A stretch of DNA of 64,000 nucleotides from the NCBI GenBank assembly GCA_047495785.1, contig JBLDXI010000048.1:1215499-1279498 (forward strand), read 5' to 3'. The translations under genes and the position numbers were made by a program. Shown here in pieces: positions 26,700-37,705 of this stretch; the stretch's first letter is position 1, and each line of letters opens with the position of its first letter. Under the pieces are notes generated by a model. That model did not search any database. It had not been told where the DNA came from and worked only from the letters and a program-made list of their open reading frames with translations. The stretch comes from Lepidodermella squamata (Eukaryota > Animalia > Gastrotricha).

Positions 26700-27406
26700 A
26701 AATGACAGAATTCGATTCATTGTCTTTTTTGTACAGTAATGCGCCTAAAATCTTCGGCCCTGAGTATCCATTTGGGTGTAAGTGATAAAAATGAGCAAAT
26801 TTCACTGAAAAATAGTTCACCTCTTGGGCTTTCCAACGGTACCAAATTTGCCTATTAATTTATATATCATCGATTTTTGAGAAATCACCGAATCTCGATC
26901 ACTCAGAAAGGTGCGCAAAGGTTAAGTAGGCTCATAATTTTGGAAATTTTGAAGCATTCTGTAATTTATTTCTATGAGTAAAATCCTGCAAAAATGTTAT
27001 GGCTCAAAATTGGTAATTAAAAATTTGAACACGCATTTGAACACATTTTTTTAATTTTTTATTAAGGTAGATTTTTTCGAATTTTAAGGATACCAAATAT
27101 ACCTCGAATTTCGGATAATTTTTTATTTGAACGTTTTTCGAATCGAGAGTATAAATAATTTGCGGTATTTTATCACACCGTGCTGGAATGATTAATGAGG
27201 CGACTATTCGATAAATTCTATTGTCTCGACCGGCCTGACTAAACGCAAAAATCCATAGTCCAAACGCAGTAGAAACGCGTCGTCGCTCTACATTATTCAC
27301 ACCTTACTACAGCACTGACTATCGAGTTTTAGTCCAGCGAACATTTTTATACGACACATTGCGCTTATTTGCTAAAAACCTGGAGCCGAACAGCGAAGCA
27401 ATAAAA

Positions 27407-28667
27407 GTGGCGCCTAACCGGTACCAACGTCGAGCCGCGCGAAATGTTGCCATTTTTGCTGCCATCGTAGCTGTTTGTTTATTTTTCTATTTCGGCCCTG
27501 AGCTGTTGTACCTATGGTGGTCTAACAACGCCCCAATGCGGGCTCCGAGGCGGCCTGATTTTTGCTCTAGCCTCGAAGATATGGGCAACGTTAAAATTCA
27601 GTACAGGTATGAGAGTTAAAAAGATCAAAATTAAAAATTAAACTATTTTCTCCAGAAATTTCACCTTAGGAGATTCAAAAATTCCGAAATCATCCTGCCC
27701 TGAAAGTAGAGCAAAGGGCGGTCGGAGGATCCTAATTAACTACGCCTCAGGTTGCTGCCACGAAGCAGCTGCTGAAAAGTGAGCTAATTTTAAAATATTT
27801 TTCGCTAAAATTAAGAAATTTCATGATAGTTGTAAAACCGGGTTGACAACAGGTGGTTTCGACGTTTGCATCTCTTTCACTGAAAAATCCTTAGACAAAC
27901 GTTTCGTGTCGAAAAATGACCGGATATTCACGAAGGGTAAATCGCGAGGCGGTGGCTATTTTGTCTGGAAGCCTTTTATAGTTTACCAGGTCTAAATTAT
28001 TTTTTTATAATTTCCCGAATTTTTAAGATTTTTCTAGACTTTGATGTGTATGGGTAAAGATGACACGTTATTCTACGCCGATTCCGGGTCTAAATTCGTC
28101 CGAGATATGGACGATTTCTTCTGCTTTCAAGAGAAGCAAAAACAGGATATTGCGCTGTTTCAACTCGACCATCTAGAAATCGAGTACACAAAAGCGGATG
28201 CTTTCACGTTGATGCAATGCGAATGGAAAAAGTGCAAGGTGAGTCCGTTTATTCCCTATAATATCCCAATTTAGTGATTTTTTTCGAAGGAATCAAAACA
28301 AGTAATGGCAAGTTTCCTTAGTCTAAAGAAAACTTTCGAGTCGGCTGAATTCATCGGCGAATGGCTGACCTACGCCCAGGACGAGCGGATTATGCTGCCG
28401 CAGATGAGTATTTTCCAGGTGGATTCGAAAAAGCTGAAAGAACACAGGCACGATCAAAGCGTGCTGTCGCTGTTGTCGAAAAAGTGGGACATTGAGCCGT
28501 GGCCTGACATCACGCAGTACGGTGAGGTGAAGCCAGCCCGCGGCAAGTCGACGCTGAAAAGCGATGACGATGAGAAGAAGGGCGATGAAGCGTTACCACT
28601 GCGGCTGCAGTCAAAGTTCAAACCTATTGCTAAAACTTTCATTGAACACACGAGAAATAAAGCTTAA
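27407..28667 (+). CDS. Type II membrane putative glycosyltransferase. Exons: about 27407-27606, 27656-27778, 27830-27989, 28038-28238, 28290-28667 (start uncertain)
   Basis: N-terminal TM anchor; motifs RILINYA.GCC, RGGGYFVWKP, LFYADSG, EYTKADAF, EHRHDQSVLSLL; four phase-consistent GT-AG introns of 48-51 bp. Confidence 0.75.
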
Positions 28668-29535
28668 CAATCAGAGTGTGATCGCAATATGTAACACGTG
28701 TCACATTGTTGGATCGCTTGGTCTTGATTTTCGGTGAAGGTCATGTGACCAGCCTTTGAGTTTTACTCCAACTTTTTGTCGATCATTTTCGACACGTGAA
28801 TACACTTGAGTACAATTTTAAGTAATTTCCTACGATTTCAGCAAATGTCCAGGTCAACTTTTCCGTGCGCAGATCAACTTTTCATTATATTCAGCGCGTT
28901 CAGCTGATCAAAGTAGTTCCGTGTCGGTTCGAATTTCAGGCTGGGCCGGGGTGTTCCTCTAAAAGTTGACTCTTACCTGAGTACGCCGTTGAAAACTTCT
29001 CGAATAACTGCTGCCGATTTATCAAGGCTCATACCACCTCACTTGTTTGGTTAAAATATTGTTTGGATGATTTTTTTTTATTTTTGCCTTGCTATCATAT
29101 AAAAGTTAGCCGAGCGCGAGCTTGACTCATCGCCTGCGCATGTCGTTGTTTTGTGCGCAAACGGCTGTGACTATATCCCTCGGCTGTCGTCCGTGCATTT
29201 GATGCATTCGACAGAGCTGCGAGAGTCACATACGTCGGTACGACACTTGCCGTAGCTGTCGCGCTTTAGTGAGCCCACCAGACACGGCACCTTAAAGCAC
29301 TTCCTGAGGGCGATTTGTTGAAAGCTTTCTCAAAATTCTCCTGTCAGATTTCTCGATTAGACAACTGCCGCATCTTGTGGCCGCGCTATTACTGGATTCG
29401 AGTAATTCGAGACGCATTTATTTGAATATCTTCGAAATTCGAGCGGAGGCACCGTAGCGCACCCGACATGAGAAGGCAAGACAAAAGTGTTCAGCCTTCT
29501 AAAATAAAACTCGTTGATATCTCAGTATTTTCACC

Positions 29536-31848
29536 ATGACAAAATCAAAGATTTACCTACTTATGTTGCTGAGTTTGGCTGCAAGCATTGCAGCTCAGAA
29601 GCGCTTCAGACTCAGGGTCTTGTCGCTTAACACCTTTGTAGCGAATGACCCAAGCAACAATATGGCCTGCAAAACGGCCCAAAAAATCGTGGTCGATGCT
29701 ATCAATGCAAGAAGTGACATACTGCAAGATTACCATATCGAGCTGCAACACGTTGATGAAGGACGAGGGTCGCCATTTGCTCTAGCGAAAGGTGTCGAGT
29801 TTGCGAGGAGTTTCGATTCAAACGCCTCAGCATTCCAATCACCGGTCAGTATGGGCCCCCTAGCTACGGCTGGATGTGTCGCTTGGGGACAGGCGGCTCA
29901 GTTTGTTAACATGGTGGTCATAGGCAGTTCATGCACGAGCCCAATTCAAACAGCGAGGCGTGACCTGTACTCTACTTTGTACAGAGCAAGGCCACCTGCC
30001 GAGGCATCGATCTACGCCAAATATCAGCTCCTGTTGAAAGTAACGGCGTGGCGTAGGATCGCAATTTTCTGCATCGTGACCACTGTATATCCCGTTCACT
30101 TTCAAATGGCTTCCTTATCTTACTCAATTGCTACGTCTCTAGGCTTCGAAGTTGCGACATTCGAAGGCTACGGGCAACTTAGCGAAGAGAGGTTGGAAGT
30201 GCTCAAGAAAGCCGATATTCGCATCTTCGTTTTTGAGACAACCGATGCTTCCGAAATGGTTGAATTTTTCTGTTTGGCATTCAAGTTCGGGATTAAAGGG
30301 CCCAGGTATTCCTTCTTACTCCAAAGCATCAGTTTTATTGACCCATGGAAATTTGACAAGGAAATGATTCCCAGGAACTGTTCGATAGCTATAATTTTAG
30401 AACAGTTCAAAGAGGCGATTTTCATCGGACCGCCTATTGAGGCAGTCGAAAATCTAACGCGGCCTACTACCCTGGGTCACTCCAGGGCTGAATTTGAGGA
30501 AAGTTTCGGGAATCTGACTGGAAAAGCGCCATTACCTGCCGCTCATTACCGCCATTTGTGCTACGACAGAGCTTTGCATGCCCTAATAGTGCTGAACAAC
30601 ACAGAAACGCGATTGCAGGCTCGAAATATGAGTTTGCGAGACTACAGGGAGTACCCGAGAGAAGTCATGCAAATCACGAATCAGAGTGCGTTGGAAATCG
30701 ACTTTTTCGGAGTTAGACAGGGTCGCTTCCGCTATTCGGACCGCGGCGAGTTGGATTACGACCCACAGTTAGTTACAATTTATTCGGTTGAGCGCAGTGG
30801 TTTGTTGATAACACACCGTTTGACATGCCGCATGAACAGCTCCGCAACCAATGTCAGTTCCTATGATGTCGAAACCCTGACTTCTTCAGATAAGTTCAGG
30901 AAAGCTGACGCAGCGAAGAGTTACAAAATAGCTCAGGATACTACCACATTTTTTGGGTCTATGGTCGGTATATCCTCGGTATTCTTTATTCTTCAAATTT
31001 CTTTAATATACTATCACATAAAGAAATCGCCTTCTTTCGAAGTTTGCTTGAGAAGGTGTTTGCTGTTAGCGTTTTGTATATTGCTTGACCTGACTGTTGT
31101 TGTAGTTTCTTTCCCGGATGCTATTCTTAATAGCGGGGTTTGCCTACTTCAGGATGTGGTAATTGTGATAAGCGTATCTGCGTGCCACGGCTTCTTAGGC
31201 TTCAGATTACTTATCGCACTTGATGTAGTACGGAGAATCAGTATCCAACCCCGAAGCAGAAGTAGATTGAATACGAATGCAACAGGGACCAGGTTTCAAT
31301 CTCAAGATCCTGCTCGAAGTGAGGAAATCAATGGAAAAGAAATCCCAGTTAAGCAACGCTTCCCATCAATGCTTCTATTTGTTATCGTCAACGTAGCTCT
31401 ACTCAGCGGGTGGATGATCAGCGACCATCCTGTTTTAGTCGATGAAGCTCCGCAGCAATTCTATGTGCTGGAAAGAGACGCCTATTTCGAAATAAGACGG
31501 TTAGCCTGTTCAAGCCGGTTAGGAAAATACTGGATCTCATCTTTGGCTGCTCTAAATTTCTTGCCTCTCATCATGGGAATGGCCTCGATTCTACGCATGG
31601 GAGCTGCGGTTAAGCGTTTCAGTGCTGTTCAGGATATGCAGCAATGTAAAATAGCATTGCTAGTCGTGTCTACGCTGTATGCTGGCGCCATTTTCGCCTG
31701 TTTAATATTTCAAACGTATAGCAATCAGACGGCTGTTGCTGCTGTTGTGTCCATGTTAATGTCGATCGCAATAACGTGGATCTTTAATTTTCCAGTTCTA
31801 CGCAATGAAACAACAATCCTTTTTCGCGAAATCATTTTTAAAACTTAG
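29536..31848 (+). CDS. Intronless GABA-B-like class C GPCR, copy 1 (770 aa)
   Basis: Signal peptide; Venus-flytrap domain (INARSDILQDYHIEL, SSCTSP, CYDR); 7 hydrophobic helices with the GABA-B-type W...D.P and CSS...W motifs; no cysteine-rich domain; short tail. Confidence 0.85.
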   Translation: MTKSKIYLLMLLSLAASIAAQKRFRLRVLSLNTFVANDPSNNMACKTAQKIVVDAINARSDILQDYHIELQHVDEGRGSPFALAKGVEFARSFDSNASAFQSPVSMGPLATAGCVAWGQAAQFVNMVVIGSSCTSPIQTARRDLYSTLYRARPPAEASIYAKYQLLLKVTAWRRIAIFCIVTTVYPVHFQMASLSYSIATSLGFEVATFEGYGQLSEERLEVLKKADIRIFVFETTDASEMVEFFCLAFKFGIKGPRYSFLLQSISFIDPWKFDKEMIPRNCSIAIILEQFKEAIFIGPPIEAVENLTRPTTLGHSRAEFEESFGNLTGKAPLPAAHYRHLCYDRALHALIVLNNTETRLQARNMSLRDYREYPREVMQITNQSALEIDFFGVRQGRFRYSDRGELDYDPQLVTIYSVERSGLLITHRLTCRMNSSATNVSSYDVETLTSSDKFRKADAAKSYKIAQDTTTFFGSMVGISSVFFILQISLIYYHIKKSPSFEVCLRRCLLLAFCILLDLTVVVVSFPDAILNSGVCLLQDVVIVISVSACHGFLGFRLLIALDVVRRISIQPRSRSRLNTNATGTRFQSQDPARSEEINGKEIPVKQRFPSMLLFVIVNVALLSGWMISDHPVLVDEAPQQFYVLERDAYFEIRRLACSSRLGKYWISSLAALNFLPLIMGMASILRMGAAVKRFSAVQDMQQCKIALLVVSTLYAGAIFACLIFQTYSNQTAVAAVVSMLMSIAITWIFNFPVLRNETTILFREIIFKT

Positions 31849-33024
31849 TGGGACCCGTGAATTCACAATAATTTTTGATTGATATTTTTGAATGACGCGC
31901 AAAATCCATTGGAAAAATAAATCATTGTGACGCCGAAATTGCGTCTCAAGAAATATCAGAAAATCAAAACTGCAGCAAAACCGGCTCATTTTTCGCCCAC
32001 TGTCCTCATTTACCAAACCATCCTCGAATACAAAAATTCAGCCTGTAAGACATATTCCTGCAGGCTGCTTATTAGATTTTTTCTTGCGACGTCACTATGA
32101 TCACTATTACTTCACGTTCTTTATAATGTTGTATGTAGTTAATAGTCTAATGAAGGGGAGATACCAAATCCAGTGTACGAGGTAGGATCCTCGCTCGAGG
32201 TGGAAGGAAGGGGGGGGCAGTCACAAAGTGGGTCAGTTCAAGGCTGGAGATTCATTATCGCAGAAGGTCAAAGAGCGAACGATCTTTACAACGATAAGTA
32301 CAGTAACATCACAACCTCGATTTCTAATGCTGGTTACTAATGCTAAAATATTCCTTTGTTATAAAGTCATTGACAAATAAAGACGTCCCGAGTTCACGAG
32401 CCGTTGTTACCGTAGCGGAATATTGCAGTGAATAGTTACGACACCTCATATACGTTGTAAATCACTGATTTACCACGTATCCTATAGTGTCGAAGGAAAA
32501 AATGACACATGAACCCCAAACGTCGCGATTAATCCCATTTGATTCAAATTACCAGGGTCCTTTCCCCCCATCTAAACCAGCGGTTCTAAAAATTTGTGGA
32601 GTACGTGTAACAAAAGTGTAACAAAAAAAGGCAATCAAGGGTCTCGCTTGCCAATCCAAATTGTTTAATTTCCAGAGCCATCAGATATTTGCACTTTACT
32701 TCTTTACGTCAAATTCATTCGTCATGCTCTTGTTGGGACATTTTTTACCTTCAAAGTTCAGGACTTTCGTCACAACTCGACTTGTTCTTTATACTCATTG
32801 TCAAAAACATCTGTTTTCCGTTCCGCGAAGCAACAATTTACACACCTGAGAAGGACTAACCCAGACACAGCTGATCCTGAGTGCTTCCTGATAAAGTCAA
32901 TTGATCAATGAGCATGACGCAAGAGATTTACGAGAATTAACGAATACACAGTACACTCCTGGAAAAGGGGCAGGATAGGAGGGGGCGAGGCAGATATGTT
33001 CAGAAGAGACGTAGCATTGAAAAC

Positions 33025-35352
33025 ATGTATAGAACTAAACACTTTGATATGAAGCTCAACATGAATTTTCTTCTTTTGCTTTCAATATCAGTAACATGCT
33101 CAGCGGCATCAAAGCGTCACATGCTTAAAATCTTGTCGCTCAATAGCTTTTTGTCAAATGACGTGAGCAATAACTTGATCTGTAGGACTGCTCAGCAATT
33201 TGTTGTCGATACAGTCAACGCGAGAAGCGACATTTTGCCGGATTACCACGTCGAACTACAACATCTTGACGAAGGTCGTGGAGCGATGTTAGCTCTCGCA
33301 AAAGCCGTCGAGTTTGTTAGGAGCTTCGATACTAACACGTCAGCCTTTCAATCTCCGGTTAGTATGGGCCCTCTTGCAACTGCAGGTTGCGTCTCCTGGG
33401 GGCAGGCCGCTCAGTTCTTCAATATGGTAGTCATAGGCAGTTCATGCACGAGCCCAATTCAAACCGCAAGGCGTGATCTATACTCGACTCTCTACCGAGC
33501 AAGGCCACCTGCCGAGGCATCCCTCTATGCCAAGTATCAGTTCATACTGAAGGTAACGCCATGGCGCAGAATTGCGATTCTCACGGTTGTGAGCCCTGCT
33601 TTTCCTGTTAACCTTCAAACCGCTACAACATCATACTCAATTGCTATATCTCTGGGGTTTGAAGTTGTTAGATTTGAAGGCTATGACGAGTTGAACGAAG
33701 AGAGATTAGAAGTGATGCGAAAAGCTGACATCCGCGTTTTCCTCTTTGAAACAAATGACCCCACCGATCCTGTCATTTTTTTCTGTCTAGCTTACAAAGT
33801 TGGCATCACTGGGTCTAGATATGCTTTCGTGTTCCTTAGTCTCACCTTTAGTGATCCGATGAAACTTGATAAGGCGCTGCTACCAAAGGGTTGTACGATA
33901 TCAATTGTTCTGGATCAGATAAAACAGGCCATTTACATCGGTCCATCTATCGAGGGGGTGGAAAGCCTAACGCAGCCGACTACTCTGGGTCATTTCAGGG
34001 CTGAGTTTGATGAAAAGTTGGCCAATCTTTCTGGAAAGTTGCCTCTTGCTGGTTTTAATTTCCGCCACCTATGCTACGATCGAGCATTACAAACACTACT
34101 AGTTCTCAACAGCACCGAAACGCAATTGCTTGCTCGAAATATGAGTTTACGGGACTACAGGGAGTATCCGAAGGAGGTTATGCGAATCGCGAACCGGAGT
34201 GCACTAGAAATCGACTTCTACGGTGTGAGACAGGGTCGTTTCCACTATTCAGATCGAGGCGAGCTGGACTATGACCCACAACTAATTACTATATACTCGA
34301 TAGAACGCAGCAGTTTGTTGATAACACACCGTTTGACATGCTACCTAAACAGATCGGCAACTGACGCCAGCTCATATGGCGTGGAAAACGTGTTTTCTTC
34401 CTCTATGATGTTCGAAAAAGCTGATGGGGCCAAACGTTACAACCTGACAAAAGATACGTCCACATTTTTCGGGTCTTTAACTGGCATATCTTCTGTATTG
34501 TTAATCATTCAAATTGGTTTGATGTTCTTTCGCCTCAAATCGCGGCAGGCTCTTGAATATACTTGCGGGATTGGCTCAATTTGCATTCTGCTAAATGTTT
34601 CCGCTGTTTTGATCTCCGTCCCTAATGCCAGCCTTTCAGACAGGATTTGTCCAAGTCAAGTAGTCGTAGTGTCGATGAGCATCTGTCTAGCGCACAACTT
34701 CTTGGGTTTCAGACTTCTCTTAGCAGCTGATGTAATAAGGAAGAACGAAGGCACCGGCAAAAAGCGGGAACGTCTACATACAAATTTATCGGGTAAAACG
34801 TTCCGTAGCAATAAATCTCATGATCGCACGAAGGTTCGAGAACTGATAGACGTCAAAGGTCCACCAGTGACGCATCGCTTACCGCTATTGGTCATAATCG
34901 CTTTTGCAAACATTACAGTGATTACTGCCTGGATGACAAGTGACAGTCCCAAGTATATTCCTGAGCCACTGAAGCTTTACTATCTCGAGGATGAAGACAC
35001 CAACGTCGAAGTAACTAGCTTCGCCTGTTCGAGTCGACTAGCCAAATATTGGCTATGCGCATTAATTTTATTGAATTTCCTGCCCCTGGTAATAGGAATT
35101 GTCGCGATTTTACGAATGCGAGGAGCAATCTTGCGTTTCAACCGTGCACATAATTTACAACAGTGCAAATTATCTCTGCTTGCGGTCTCGACGTTGTATG
35201 CTGGCGCCATTCCAATAGTGTTTATGGTTCACGCTTATAGCGACCAGGCAGCAATTGTAGCAGTTGCTTTGATTTTGATGTCTACAATTGTCACGGCAGT
35301 TTTCAACCTTTCAGCGGTTCACAAGGTTCGCGAGGCTATGGTTAACTTGTGA
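33025..35352 (+). CDS. Intronless GABA-B-like class C GPCR, copy 2 (775 aa; start could instead be 33049 or 33061)
   Basis: Paralog of copy 1 with the same VFT + 7TM architecture. Confidence 0.85.
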   Translation: MYRTKHFDMKLNMNFLLLLSISVTCSAASKRHMLKILSLNSFLSNDVSNNLICRTAQQFVVDTVNARSDILPDYHVELQHLDEGRGAMLALAKAVEFVRSFDTNTSAFQSPVSMGPLATAGCVSWGQAAQFFNMVVIGSSCTSPIQTARRDLYSTLYRARPPAEASLYAKYQFILKVTPWRRIAILTVVSPAFPVNLQTATTSYSIAISLGFEVVRFEGYDELNEERLEVMRKADIRVFLFETNDPTDPVIFFCLAYKVGITGSRYAFVFLSLTFSDPMKLDKALLPKGCTISIVLDQIKQAIYIGPSIEGVESLTQPTTLGHFRAEFDEKLANLSGKLPLAGFNFRHLCYDRALQTLLVLNSTETQLLARNMSLRDYREYPKEVMRIANRSALEIDFYGVRQGRFHYSDRGELDYDPQLITIYSIERSSLLITHRLTCYLNRSATDASSYGVENVFSSSMMFEKADGAKRYNLTKDTSTFFGSLTGISSVLLIIQIGLMFFRLKSRQALEYTCGIGSICILLNVSAVLISVPNASLSDRICPSQVVVVSMSICLAHNFLGFRLLLAADVIRKNEGTGKKRERLHTNLSGKTFRSNKSHDRTKVRELIDVKGPPVTHRLPLLVIIAFANITVITAWMTSDSPKYIPEPLKLYYLEDEDTNVEVTSFACSSRLAKYWLCALILLNFLPLVIGIVAILRMRGAILRFNRAHNLQQCKLSLLAVSTLYAGAIPIVFMVHAYSDQAAIVAVALILMSTIVTAVFNLSAVHKVREAMVNL

Positions 35353-36903
35353 ATACTCAGCGCTTAGCGCAAACGATGAGACACGATCTGAGGACAATCT
35401 ACTGCTGCTCCCAAAAATACATTGGTCCTGCGTCCTGCATCTGTTCTGAAGAGTAAATCGGCACTGTAAGCAATTTGAAATCGTAAAAAGGTCGAATTGT
35501 TTGTGCCCCATAAGTATCTCTCATAAAATGCATGTCTGTCCACGTATTAATCCCCATTCAATGTCGAATTTCTTTATCATAGGTGTAAGAGTTTTTGGAT
35601 GATTAATAAGTAAATAAACAATAAAAATCCAAAATCAGTTGAAAATGGTCCAAAGAGTGCATGAACAACCTTGCAGTGAGTGCATGAAGTTGTTCGAAAT
35701 TTTCCATCTCCAGGTGTAATTTTTAAGAAAATACGACCCGGCGTTCAATTTCTGGAAATTGGTTATGAGGGGAGAAAGCTTGATTGAATGAGCACACTTT
35801 TATAAATTTTTAATTTACGAGTGGAGAAGACCAACGCCCACCGCTAAAGCCACGACCGCCACGAGACCCTCGGCCACGTCCAACGCTAGAACTTTGACCA
35901 CTACGAGATCCATGGCCACCTCGAGCACCAGAATCTCAACATACGACGTAATCTTCTTCGAATTTTGTCCCCGACTTCGATGCGGATGCAGCAGCAGCAC
36001 GGCGACCACGGCGAACTGGCGACGGAAATTCAGGTGACGGCGTGGGCTCCTTGCATTTTGACAGGTGAGTAGCTAACGATTTGACGTGGGATATAGATAT
36101 AGCTGCATTCTCGCGTGCCCCTTCCTCTTTGGAATCCAAATTTGATTGTCCTCACTGGGGATTGCCGATGAAATAGCAACGAACACCGAGTCGGGACCCA
36201 TACCGATATTTCAAAATTATACCGTAAAAACCGGAATTGGGTGCCGTGTTTTTATAGTTTCAAACCAAGACAAAAGTGAGGGTTTATTACAGGCGACGTA
36301 CAATTGTAGGCTGTGGTATTATTTATTTGAATCTATCATCATGAGATTAAAATGAATTAGGAAAAGAGTTTAAAAATGACAAAACAGTCAAATTTCTTCT
36401 TCGTAGAGATCGTTTTCATTTTTTCATTCTCCTCGGCATCTTCCTCGATTATCAACCACACCGGGAATGCTTTCCACAGAAGAGGAGGGTATGATGTAAA
36501 AGTTCGAGATGAGAAAAATGAAACTCAACATGTTTTAGGTTGTTCTTGACGGGAAATGATAACAACTCATCTCAACTAACAGGCATTTATATTCAGATCC
36601 GATTTGAGCTTCGCATCAATTTAATTGAAGCTTAAACGAACTCGGAAATGCAATTAGTAAATTTCAATCATGTTACAAGTGCAAAATATTTATTAAGAAA
36701 CCAAGACACTAATTTAGGCCTGAGATATTATTGGTTCAATCGTCGCTCAGACTGTGGGCTTAAACCAGGCGAGGCACTATTATAGACCTAAGACCCAAAT
36801 GTACACTAGCCGATGTGGTGGGCCGTGGGCCTAACTGCAAACTGGTGATACACTCTAAAGCTCCAAAGTACAATGGGCGACATACAAACACTTAGCGTGT
36901 CGT

Positions 36904-37075
36904 TAGCGTCGTTGAATAACTCGGATTTAGGTTTGTTTCAAAGTCACTGGTGACAAGTAAAAGGTGGCTTTTTTACGTGAATGGGGAGGCAAAAAAGCAA
37001 AAGACGTTTCACTTGTCACCTATCACCTTGAAATGGATGTAAACAAACCTAAATCCGAGTTATTCAACGACGCTA
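36904..37075. mobile_element. MITE-like hairpin element
   Basis: Perfect 35-bp inverted repeats 36904-36938 / 37041-37075 (tagcgtcgttgaataactcggatttaggtttgttt) whose outer ends are TA, plus an inner inverted pair ggtgacaagt / acttgtcacc. Confidence 0.7.
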
Positions 37076-37705
37076 GCGATGTGTTAGTTTTATTTATAGT
37101 AGGCCTTCCGCCGGGCGGCGCTATAGGCACAGTGGAATAAAGACAACGAGCACAGTTTTGCCCTCCATGCTACTGAGGGCTCTAAACATAACCGGTTATT
37201 TAAATGAGCACAGAGTTCGATAATATGATGTATTGTTTTTCTTTTTTTGTATTATATATCTTTTTTTTCTTTTCTTTTCCTTTTTCTCTACAAACAAACA
37301 CTTACACGACATAATCGGCGAAAGTAAGGGGCTCCCCCACATTTTCGAAATTTGTCACCTCTCGTTTATGAATCATTGAGAGACTATTTTATATTCTTCG
37401 TGCCAGCAAAGATACTTAATTCCCACCCACTATCTTGAGACGCCCATGTTTCGTCTTTGTTTCGTACCCATTCGCATTTCGCATCGTCGCCATGATTGCA
37501 GGTGTTACTAAAGAACGTACAATTCTGAGCAGCCGGAAGAAAACATAAACCCCGAATAGTTTCAGGTTCGTCATGAATGCTCCAAGAATTCAACATATTT
37601 GTAAACTCTACTTTGAAAGCATCCGGCATAATTTGTTCAATAAAGAATTACAGCTTCAAACTAATAGGGCTGCGTTATCTACTGCATCATTAGCTAATTT
37701 TAATC

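Noticed and set aside
37384-37629. Minus-strand Cys/Trp-rich 81-aa ORF
   Set aside because: Slightly coding-like, but no family recognised and no splice partner found.
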